64,000 nt of DNA, from contig JAQGDQ010000554.1 in assembly GCA_030141605.1 (NCBI GenBank), forward strand, positions 1 through 64,000. Direction: 5' to 3'. Origin of the DNA: Tubiluchus corallicola (taxonomy: Eukaryota > Animalia > Priapulida). The notes under the pieces are model-generated. The model was not told the DNA's origin, ran no database searches, and worked only from the letters and a program-made list of their open reading frames with translations. A program made the position numbers and the translations under genes. Position 1 is the first letter of the stretch; every line of letters starts with the position of its first letter. This document shows positions 41,201 through 52,200 of this stretch, one piece after another.

Positions 41201-44200
41201 ACCAACGTAAATACTAGGTAAACAATTGAGCCCGGCCTTGCAGGTCAGTTTTAGTGTTGGGTTAAAGCTCTTATAATTGTGAGTGACTGTGAATAACTGA
41301 GTGCAGCTTATAAATTCAGGGAATTGTTTCATAAGGCTAATTTCAGAAAGGTTCTAAAATTGAGTACGTTTTTGTTGTTAGTTTTTGCTGGTTTACACTA
41401 TAACCTGCAGTGTGTTATTAATTTCAATATATATACATAAGTGATTAAAACAACACAGCTATTATAGTTGGTCTACTTGATCTTTAACTAAATGAATTCC
41501 TTTTTTACTATTTCTGCATTTACGTTCAACCAAAAGAACCGATGCAACATTTTAACATTTTTGCTCAAGTCCTTCCTTATTCTGACTGAGAATTACCTTG
41601 GTTCGGTTTTTTAGTAAACATATTTTGTATGGTAACTGTGAAACATTTGCAGTGGCCACTGGTCAGCTCTCATATAGACTAATAGAGGACCTAAATGTCA
41701 GAAACGAAGTTTGAAGTACATATAACTACAGTAAGTAATTTAAACTAACATTCTCGCTGAAAAATAACCGAATACTGATTTTTTTTAAATTATTCCATTT
41801 CAGGTCAGGCTAGTGGTGCAAATGCTGAATTTTTAGGACTTTTGTCATCCCAACTTGCTCAGAAAGGTTTAGAATTTTCACAGAAGCGAAGTTTTTCGAC
41901 GGTGTCACTATCAAATACAGCTAGCCAGTCAGCTACAACAATGTCAGCAGGTAAAGACCTAGAGAAGCATTTCAAAAATTTGCCATCATTTACGTCTTAA
42001 ATTCAAAACGAGTGGCGCTTCCATGACTTGGTTCACTGTACACTTTAGAGAGTTTGCATAGCTGCTAGTAGTGCACTGTGAGTCTTCCAAGCTAGATAAG
42101 AAAGCCCTGGGATGTTTTACACGGATAGCTGATTTATGATAATTTGTAGCTATATTTTTTCTCATACATTACTAATTGACCTACATTGTTATGACGCTTA
42201 TTTAGTATATTACAAAGAAAAGTATCGTGAAGTTCAAAGATGCTGTTTTAGGTTGATTATGTCGCACACAGATTACCTGTGACCTATAGTAAAGTTGTGT
42301 ACATATGTATTCCTTTGTGGTCATTCTTTTCTAAGCAGAGTAAGCTGTCAACACACTGTTACTAATAAAATTTATTGACTGCTCTTATGCTTGGTCACAA
42401 ATTTTTTTCACTAAATGACCACCAAATTCAACTCATTTCAATCCCACGACAAGTACCACATTACACAAAATTTAATCAAAATCGAACAATTTTTTTTTAT
42501 TTTATGCAGAACTGCAAAAAACACAAAGGTCTTGTTGAAATACTCACATATCATTACTTTCCCACTATAATTTACTTTCTTTTAGAATGCATAACACACT
42601 CGCTTGAACTTGGTTGATTATGTCATCAACAGCAAGACAATCAATAATTTTGTGGAATTGTTCATGCAGTGTGAAAGTATATATGCAGCATTGATTAGTC
42701 TTGTTATTTATAAAAGTGTTAGTCTTACAAGTAATTGTTGTAGTATTTGTGGTTGGAACACGTTTTCGCTGAAGGGAAGTTGTATGCCTTATTGCAAGAA
42801 AATATCATTTACGAAACAAAACGAAATGTATTATTAAAATATAGTCTACTGACAGGTAAAAATTAAGTGTGTATTAAGTCTCTATATTTGCACAGGTCAT
42901 GTTCCATCTACTATCGAAGCCTTGTCACCGAAAGCACAGAACTATTACCAGCGAGTAAAAGATTTTATTCAAAAAAATGTAGTACCACTGGAACGCGAGT
43001 GGGCAGAATTTCACCAGCCAGGAAACAAAGATCGGTGGACGGACTATCCTCGATTAAAACAACTTAGGGTATGCAGTTAGTAATGTACATTATCAACTGT
43101 GAATAGTCTGCTTATTGTGGTGGTTCTAACCATCCCTATCATTGTATTTGTAATATGAGCTAATCTTCCACTGCTTGTTACAGGCCAGTGCAAAGTCTGA
43201 AGGATTATGGAACATGTTTATACCCCTTGAGTCAGATCCTGAACAGAAGTATGGTTGTGGCCTCACTAATGCAGAGTACGCACATATATGCGAGTTAATG
43301 GGACAATACTTTGGTGCACCTATCGTAAGTATGTCTGTCAGTCTTTCAGTTGAACCAGATGTATATCCTCTATGTTTTTTTATAGTTGTAAAATATAAAC
43401 ATTTTCAAGTTTAATTTTCACAGATGAATTATCAAGTTTCTTTTTAACAACTGTCCAAACAAATGGGAACGAAGTTTACTAGACGTAACTTAAGCATCTC
43501 TTTGAAGTTACAAGTTTTATTACAGTTTATCTGACAGGTTTATCAAAAGAGATGATTAAAAAAATGTTTTTTTAAGTGAGTTTGCTCTAATCTGTATGCT
43601 GGTAAGCAGCCATGCTTCCAGATGTATTGAGATCATTTTCTGATGGATCCACTATAGTCTTGTCCCTAGAATATTTTAACTACTCAGTTATAATATACGA
43701 TATATTTAGTTCACACAGTATAACTACACCAAGTTACATGGTAAATAGAAGCAGAAATTTATTTATTTGTGCTGAAAAGCCTAAAAATGCTGCTTTTATA
43801 TGCACAACACATTTGCAAAACTTTATGAATTTGCAGGTTGTTAGACAGGAGCAGTTTTGTTTACTCTTTATTTTTTTATCACCCTGCAAATTTATGTGAA
43901 TCAGTTAAACAGTATAATAATTATAATTGTGCCAGACCAAACAGAGTTATCAGAAATTGATATGTAGGACTTTGTGGTGAAATTATTGTGATCTCATTGC
44001 TTAAATAGGAATGATAGCTATTTCAATATCAGGTAGCTTACCAAACATAGAAATAAGTTGTGTTGATATTTATAGGAATACGTGGTGCTCATATTGAGGT
44101 TGTCTGAACCGCTTTCCGTAAAAGTTGACTTTTAATACCCGCTAATGGTGATACAGCAGGAGTAGTAAAACTGACTTAGTTACTCGATGGATGGTGTTAG

Positions 44201-47200
44201 TGTTCTTAGCCATGCACAGTGGACTGAAAGAAGAGAAAATTTTGATTATCAATGATTTAGAACAAATGCAATTTTACTATAGCTTAGCTTTAGGTGATGA
44301 GTCTCAGTAAACTGTGCCTTTTTAAATATGAAGTAAAATAAATTACAATATCAAGTACTAAACTACCTTAGAGTGCAAATCAATGAGTTAATGAGTTTTC
44401 ATACCCACTTACCTTGATGTGTCATTTAGAACATCATTCAGCATTGTCATTGATCCGTTTTTTTCGTACAAATTTCGAACACAGAGTAATCCTATTGCGA
44501 TGTCACACTATTGAAAACTAATAAAAGAGCTTATAACATGAATAGTTACAACAAGGATGAGAACAGCATCATGGCAGAACGGACGTTGTTATAGAGGTAC
44601 TTTGCAAGTAAATCAAAAATTGATGCTCATTGTTTTTCTTGCCAAGGTATTCAACTGTCAGCCACCTGATTCAGGCAACATTGAGGTGTTGGTAAAATAT
44701 GGAACAGAAGAACAGAAGGAACGTTGGTTAAAACCAATGCTCAACGGCGAGATCAGATCATGTTTCGGCATGACAGAACCAAATGTGGCTTCATCTGATG
44801 CCACTAATATTCGTTCATCAATCGTTCGTGATGGCAACCAATATGTGGTCAACGGAACCAAGTGGTGGACGTCCAGTAAGTAGTAGGATAGCTGTTTGTA
44901 TTTTTTACATTAATCCTCACAGATTGGATAAGGGAGTAGTAATGTGCAGCGGAAGTGGAATCGATGTTTTTTGCAACGCTGCATTGCCATTAGGCCTATG
45001 TTGCCATGTCTGACTAAAGCATATCCATTGTGTGGGAATAGTTGCTCGTCTGACAACACTGATCTACTGCCTGTGTTTCTTGTTTTCTGTTAAATGATTT
45101 ACACATATGGTGTCACTGGTTAATCAGCTAAACTATTTGCCTGTATGGCTGCTTTGGAGCCAAATTTAATAGAGCTTTGCAGCTCAGAGTATGAAAGTTT
45201 GAATATTGTTAAATTTGAAATTCGAAGTAAGTAATACCATACCAGGGCTGGCTGTAAAAACACGTTGTTTGCATAAAGTTTCGTTTTCTTGCTTTATTTT
45301 GCTGGTTTTAATTTGTTTTCTTGTGATTATCATTATTTTCTGTTTGCGTTACCAACATTAAATTTTATTTTGCAATTCTGATCTTGCATACATTATTGAT
45401 ATGTAGATGCTCTTCACCCGGATTGTAAACTATGCATTTTCATGGGCAAAACTGATCCAAAAGCTGCTCGACATGTGCAGCAGAGTATGATTCTTGTTCC
45501 CATGGATACGCCAGGTGTGAAGATCAAGCGCTCACTTTACCTATTTGGGTATGATGATGCACCAGGTACTGCTGCTTATAAAGAGTTATTAAAATTTACT
45601 TTCATATTTTGTATGTGCAATCAGTATATACATATTTACCATACATATAATAATTGTGTTGAAACTGTGTTAAAATTAACTTTAATTATTATTACTGACA
45701 GCAAAATAGACTTATCATTATTTGTTTATGCATTGCTAACTAAAATATACAGTTTACGTTTTCTTACCTAATATTAGCAGCAAAAGCTTTCCCACACTAG
45801 ATGTTAGTGTAGTTAAAAAGTGTTAACACTCATTCTGGCATTTTTCATTCAACCACAAAATCAAAAATGATCCATCTAAGTAAATAATCTTATATGGTTA
45901 AAAATACAAAAACTCTTGCACTGCAGTGTAGTGGGATACACATGTCACATTAGACAGATGTTACAGCCTTAACCCACTCTTGCAGAGGGCCATGCTGAGG
46001 TTGAATTTAAAGATGTTCGAGTGCCTGTGAGTAATCTACTATTAGGAGAAGGAAGAGGATTTGAAATTGCTCAAGGTCGCCTAGGACCTGGTCGGATTCA
46101 CCATTGCATGCGACTCATTGGGCAAGCGGAGCGAGCTCTGCATTTGATGATCAAAAGGGTATAAACATATTAAGGGACTTCTTTAACGTGGCATAAAATG
46201 AACGGTTATGTCATAATTAAATGTCTTTAAAGGCCTGTATAACCCCAGCAGTCATTGAAGTTTTTTCAATGCATTACATGATTACATAAAAAATTCAGTT
46301 ATTATTAAACAAAAGAGATTTATAAATTTAGTAACTTAGCCTTTTCTGGTGAATTTTGAACACGTGCATTGTGTTCCTTTGTCTTTATAAAAACAAAAAT
46401 TGACGTTTGACCCAATTTTTTGGCGCATCATACTACTTTGAAGCATCATAGCATAGGTTTAACTAAGCCGATTTGTGGACAGTTTTGGTTTGCAAGCACG
46501 CATATAGTGAGTAGTTGCTATTACTTTATGAAGCTTTTCTTTTTACTTTAGGGAATTTTAATCTTGATCTTTTTCTTTTTGTTTTCTAGAGCTTAGAAAG
46601 GGAGACGTTTGGGAAGAAATTAGCTGAGCATGGCACAATTCAAGCCGATATTGCTAAGAGTCGAATTGAGATTGAACAGACCCGCCTACTTGTGCTAAAA
46701 GCTGCTCATATGATGGACACAGTCGGAAACAAGAAAGCAATGTCAGAAATTGCTATGATCAAGGTTGCTGCACCTAATATGGCTCTGAGGGTGCTGGATA
46801 GATCCATTCAGGTATAGTAATAAAATCTCTTAGGAGCAGCATTTTGAACTTTAAAAATTTGTTATAAGGTGCCATCCACATATAACAATATCTAGTTTAG
46901 GGTAGGTAGCACGATACGTGACAAGGTAGATAGGTGATTTAGCCATGATATCATTATATGACTTGACACTTTGATACGGAATAAGGAATACTGGTTGTAA
47001 ACGGTTGTGAGGAGGAGGAATCTACAGAATGTGTCGATGAGAATGAGTTGGGGCTGCTACCACCGATGCCAGTATAATCCACTGATATTTTCTCATTAAT
47101 TAACACAAATGATGTTGTTGACTGTCTTTGGAGGAGGAAGAATAAAATGTACAAAGAGCTACATGGGTGTGATATCGATATCAGGTAAGGGGTAGGTAGG

Positions 47201-47642
47201 TGGTTGGGTATATGATAGTGCCATTATAACACAAGGTAGGTAAGTCCTCGAAATCGGCCGAAAAGTTGATATCGTTATGTGGATGGCCCCTAGCTGGTAT
47301 GTTAGTGATGGCTATGTGGTCTCAAGGGTCTTGCAGATTCAGCTTATGTTTGTGTGAATTATCTCACAGCCAATTTCCAAAGTTTAGCAAAACAGACTTT
47401 ATTTAATTGGATAAGTGAGCATGTAACCCCAGGAAATGATAAAGTTAATGGAAACATCTAACACAGGAAAATGCTTTTATTTGATTTAGGCTCATGGCGC
47501 AGCCGGAGTAAGTCAAGACTACCCATTAGCGTTTCTTTGGACCTGGGCACGGGCACTGCGATTAGCAGATGGCCCAGACGAGGTGCACCGAAGAGCAATT
47601 GCACGTATAGAAATTGGTAGATACATGAAATCGATGCTTTAA
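29270..47642 (+). CDS. ACAD10: Acyl-CoA dehydrogenase family member 10 (HAD hydrolase + APH-like kinase + ACAD domains), about 1045 aa, 19 coding exons
   Basis: Exons 29270-29483, 29686-29834, 31720-31914, 32466-32624, 33419-33578, 34577-34671, 35035-35150, 35732-35913, 37205-37355, 38636-38781, 39576-39749, 41804-41950, 42896-43068, 43184-43324, 44647-44875, 45407-45565, 45986-46158, 46590-46811 and 47490-47642 (sum 3138 nt, in frame). Motifs: [13 protein letters not shown] and FLDD; kinase [16 protein letters not shown] and [10 protein letters not shown]; [33 protein letters not shown] and [11 protein letters not shown]. Confidence 0.95.
30910..31592. mobile_element. Tc1/mariner-like MITE, older copy of the family at 59850-60796
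   Basis: TA-flanked ends (TA|CA..gcttaatagactca ... ggcacctgctg|TA). Shares gtatagaagtatgagtcat and gtgaaggaaaaatattgagtcaat with the 59.8-60.8 kb element. Confidence 0.7.
36221..36890. repeat. Minisatellite, 19 tandem copies of a ~35-bp unit, in an ACAD10 intron
   Basis: Unit AATGAGAACTACTTGAAATGTTGCTCAACTTTTTT, head to tail, varying mainly in T-run length. No unique spacers. Confidence 0.97.
46868..47290. mobile_element. PIF/Harbinger-like MITE (423 bp) in the last ACAD10 intron
   Basis: TIRs GGTGCCATCCACAT / ATGTGGATGGCCCC, flanked by TAA and TAG. Confidence 0.7.
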
Positions 47643-48160
47643 GATGTGACAATGACAAATTTGCATAATGGTAGCAGCTAATGTGTACAAGGATTATGGC
47701 TCTAAGTTTCTCAGAAAATGATGAAAATCACGTTCATGAATGAACTCTAGATCAGATAACATGGTGTGGTTGAAAAGTGGGCCTTATTTGATAAGTTTTT
47801 AATTAGAAAAATGATGAAATGATATAAAATGTCACTGATATATGGGGTTATGGGCACATTTAAATCAACTCTCCCGCAGTGTTTGTCTGTCATAAGAAAG
47901 GGTTATTTATATCCAACTGATTAAATGCATTTGAGATGGATACTGGTAGTTTTTGTGGGCTGATAAGGGCCATTTTTATCAATGTTTAAGATACATCAAG
48001 ATTTTTTATCATCCTTTAACTGATTCAGCCATCAGTTATATGTATAGTAAATGCATAGAGCTAATAATGTTCAAAATTTCAATGCCACATTGAGATTCAA
48101 TTTTGTAGTGTCAGCTAGTCACTAATGTTATAAGCTCATGTATCCAATATGACCCAATAT

Positions 48161-48176
48161 TTTATTGGTTAATAAA
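48161..48176. promoter_or_regulatory. Back-to-back candidate poly(A) signals (TTTATT-ggtt-AATAAA) between convergent ACAD10 and UreF
   Basis: AATAAA on + at 48171-48176 and on - at 48166-48161. Further minus-strand AATAAA hexamers lie near 48275 and 48327. Confidence 0.4.
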
Positions 48177-48545
48177 ATGTTGATGAAATGTTACTACTGT
48201 AGAGAGTAAAATTTTTCTTTATAATTATACTTGGGAAGAGCAAAATAATGGGATAGGCTGAAAAGATATCTATTTTTATTTATGGTTGATAAAGAAATAA
48301 TTGTTGTCTGTAAATACGAGTCAAATTTTATTGATCATTAAACATATTTGTTTCTGAAGGTTATACAGCTGTCTTCTTTCTTATTACAAAACAGAACTGA
48401 CATCAGTGAAAAATATAGAAATTAGATTACACGTAGATTTGTGTCAACAGATTCAGCAAATTCTCTTAAAGAAAACTGTAGTGAAAGAATACCTCCCTGC
48501 TTTAATTTGTGACTAAAACTTTTTAATGTCAAAGCAAGAACAAGT

Positions 48546-49259
48546 TCAAGAGTAAAAAAGTCTAGCAAACAAAGTATCATGCATATTCTGAACAATATCA
48601 ACAATGGGACAACTAATATGAGCATTTTCAACAGATGATTCGGCATTTCGAGCAATGATACCAGGAATTAGCTGCTGAAGACTGAATAACAGCCTCTGTG
48701 CCTGAAAGCAGCCTATGTGACCTAGGCGCACAGCACCTGACGAAATGGTGCGCAGTACGCCAAACATAAACACGTTCAACACAGCTGACATTTCAAGCTT
48801 TAAATGAGCACAAATGCATCCCAGAACAACAGGGTAGTGTCCAAACATTTTATTGTCATCTATCAGTTCCTGGAGATCGGCAATAAATGAGACGTGAAAG
48901 ATTTCTCTGCTTGTGTTCACCAGAGCTCGACCCTGCCTGACACTCGCCCTGTTTGCAACATGGTTGGTGACACTGGCTTGGTACAAAGCATCAAGTTCCA
49001 TCAGTCGGTCTTCAGACGACGCATTTTTGTAGGCGTCTTGAAGAAACGGCATGCTCAATGAGCCGGCGTTTTCAAGACACGATATAGCAAACTTCTTGAA
49101 ATCCTCGTCACTGTTGTCAACGATGTGCAACTTCACAGCGGCTTCATACCCGATGCTGTGACTGAAACTTCCGGTTGGAAATGCACTGTCAGACAACTGC
49201 AGCAAAAGTAATTCTGCCGACACTGTGTTGTCCGATTCTGTTGAGCAGGCCTTTGCCAT
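48546..49259 (-). CDS. ureF: Urease accessory protein UreF, 237 aa, intronless
   Basis: N-terminal LLQLSDSAFPTGSFSHS.G.EAA, central RAS.RQGRAL, GH.PVV.G and S.AVRLG.IG...AQ, and C-terminal H..L..RLFYS are UreF hallmarks. Start context is ACCATGG. Confidence 0.95.
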   Translation of the reverse strand: MAKACSTESDNTVSAELLLLQLSDSAFPTGSFSHSIGYEAAVKLHIVDNSDEDFKKFAISCLENAGSLSMPFLQDAYKNASSEDRLMELDALYQASVTNHVANRASVRQGRALVNTSREIFHVSFIADLQELIDDNKMFGHYPVVLGCICAHLKLEMSAVLNVFMFGVLRTISSGAVRLGHIGCFQAQRLLFSLQQLIPGIIARNAESSVENAHISCPIVDIVQNMHDTLFARLFYS

Positions 49260-49273
49260 GGTATCTGACGATA

Positions 49274-52200
49274 TCAGGACTTATCCGATGAGGTGGCACC
49301 GCCTTTATCTGAACTACCCGAATGACCAACTACTTTAAAAGCTTTTGATTCGGCACCAGCTCTGACTAACAACTCGGACTCTATGTTTTTGTTTATAGCT
49401 TTTTGCAAATTCTGGAAAATAAGTACAAACAGTAATAAGAAAATATAAATAATGCACTTACAATGATTAAAACTTCATTTTAGGTGATATCAGTACTAAA
49501 AATTTGAAAATCACTTTCACAATGCAGAAATCATTTGATAACAATAATTAAACTTAATAGACTGTAAATCCTATTTAAGTTTAATAGGATGAAAAGCTAT
49601 GTAGGTTTGTTACATACATTTTTTGTACAAGATATTGTTTAGATCAATATTTAAAAGCCAAGCTTCAGATTTTTTGTTATTTCTGAGGTTTCCAATCACT
49701 TGTGCTTGAAAGTTCTAGTACACCACATATACTTCAGTGAAACTGATTAGCTAAACAGAATAGCAAAATGAGGAATACAATTGAAATGAAAAATACATGT
49801 ATATATAAAAAGCAGTGCAAAAAGAGTTTGAATGAATTATATAAACAACCTTACTTTTTTCAGTGTTTCAGATTGAACTTTTTTAGCCTTTTTTGGAGCA
49901 ATATATTTTGCACCTATAAAAAAGAATAATACTACAGTTTGTGTAAGCTACAATGGAAATTGTGGACCCCATAAATTTCTTTGAATTTCAGCATTTTGTG
50001 TATTTCATGTGGGCTTGACCAGCAGTTTGTCCAACGCACTCAAGTTCACATTCGCAACAAAAAATTAAGGGTTATGTGGAAGTTTGCAATTAAGACTCAG
50101 TACAAGTTTATCTCATTTGGGATGCACAGAACAAGTCTGACTTGTTATTTTTACCATTATCAAAAGCATAGTGGCTATTACCATTGCGGCTACGTCAATG
50201 TCGCACTGAGCATTTTGTAGGTTTGGAGATTCTTGTGGACTTGTTAGTCACCGCCATAATTTTTTAAAATGAATAAATCCTTTTCAGAATTAGAACCAAG
50301 GAAAAAAGAAAGAAAGCACAAAGCATTTCAAACTACTACTGTAATTCTGTTCTAAGTGGACAAAAGAAAAAGAAAAATCGTAATGCATTACTAAATTAAT
50401 TTTCTAGGTGAGTTTTTCATTTATATTATTAGCACAAAAAGGATGTCATACGAAAAAGGATACAAGCAATCGCACAGAAAAAACTGTAGCACAGCAGATT
50501 AAAATACAAAGGAGAAACATAGATGCATAAAATCCCTAAGTAGTCGTAGTCACAAAACAGAGTGGGACACAACAGAAACTAACGAAACGTTTAATATAGG
50601 CGGTGGTTTATACGTACAAAAAGTTAACTGGTTACATAGAAGATAAACAGAATGCAACCATGGAGTTCAGAGTGAATAACAAAAGATAAAAACTGCACAA
50701 AGTGATTAATCAGAAGAAATGAGTAAACACACTAGGCTACAGGCAATAGCCAAAAGATCATGGCATCAAGTTAACAAATTACTTGAAAAAGTTGACTATG
50801 GATAATGTAAAAAGTTAACTAAATTTAAGCGGTCCACCTAACACAGACTACGCTAGCAATTTCAGGCATTAGTTAAATCTTATCAGTATTCATAGTTAAG
50901 TTTAACTCAAGTTTGTCCACTTTCTAAGACGTTAGCTGCATTCAAAGTGCTAGTAACGCCTGATTGTTTTCAGTGGATGCCTTAAACTTAATTAAGTTTA
51001 AATAATATCTATAGATGACGGGTTTTAAAAATAATTTGTTAACTTAATATCGCAGGAGTTTTGAACTTTTGGCTCTACCCATATTGTGTTCATACCTTTC
51101 TTCTAATTAATTACTTTAGACAGTTTTGTTTTCTCCTTCAGGGTAGCTTGTATTGCATCCGTCCTCTCTGTTGATTAATCATTTCATAGAGTTTTATTCT
51201 TTTGCCATTCACTCTCCACTCCATGGGCTGTATTCTGTTTATCTTCTACCTAAACTTTGGAACTTTTTCTTGTATACAAGGCATGTCCCTGTTAGACAGT
51301 TTCTGTCATGTTCCACTCTGATTTGTGACTGCTGCTACTAACTGCACATTTGTGCACTTTTCCTCCGTGTCTTTATTTGCAGTACTTCTGCATTTTTTCT
51401 GCATTCTTGTATCCTTTTTAGTGAGATATCATTTTTACATATTAATAATATATAAACAGAAAACTTCCACAAAAGATTATTTAACGGCTCTAGTAATTTC
51501 TTGTGATTTTCTCTGAACTTTTTGTCCTCGTTTGTTCACCTCAACTACAGTGATACTAGGGATGCACCAACGATTTTTTTCTCCGAATATCAGTATAAAA
51601 ATCCGGTCCGGCGAACTTCGGTTATAATCACTGAACGTTCAGTGAACCTTCAGTATACCGAAGTTACTTTTTTAACAGCTATCACATTCCGTAAAAATTA
51701 TATTAAAAGAACCGAAAATTTACCTACAATGCTTAGAAAAATTTATCCGAAAAAAGCTGATAGTAAACAGCAGTCATGGCCCTACTGCCGACATTTGCTT
51801 TCTGTATGATAACTAGAAGAATGCAATGCACCATCAGCACACAATTCGTGTCAATTCAGACGTAGCGTGGCAGTGCAGTAATTGTTTATACACGACGTAT
51901 TGGCTTTTCCACTTCGAAATCAATCAATGAGAACTCGAGCTAGTAAACAATTATACTATTGCAGTTTTGCCAAAATATAGTTTTTATTGATTACACAAAA
52001 TAGTTTGAATACCTTTTGAAAGAATTAGGGCTGCTTATAAAATATTTAATACTTTAATACATAACATTAAACAAACAGATTTACTAATCAAAACAATTTT
52101 TCACAACTTACCAATCATCACTAACTTAAAATGATAAAACATTACAGAGTTTATAATTCATTTAAGCTTTGGTTTGGTGGCACCTGGTTTTGGTTCGGAT

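Noticed and set aside
856-47642. Conserved synteny of ERGIC2, TMEM117 and ACAD10 (all on human chromosome 12 as I recall)
   Set aside because: The human genes are many Mb apart and the other genes here map elsewhere. It cannot be separated from chance without a genome-wide linkage analysis.
48546-49259. UreF as bacterial contamination or part of a urease operon
   Set aside because: No neighbouring ure genes. It is contiguous with a spliced animal exon and has a Kozak-type start context.
49260-49860. C19orf53-UreF fusion by -1 frameshift at A AAA AAT (exon 2/3 junction) or by stop read-through
   Set aside because: UreF is in the -1 frame, but that frame has four stops in exon 3 before the UreF ATG. 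Read-through of the TGA stays out of frame because the spacer is 14 nt.
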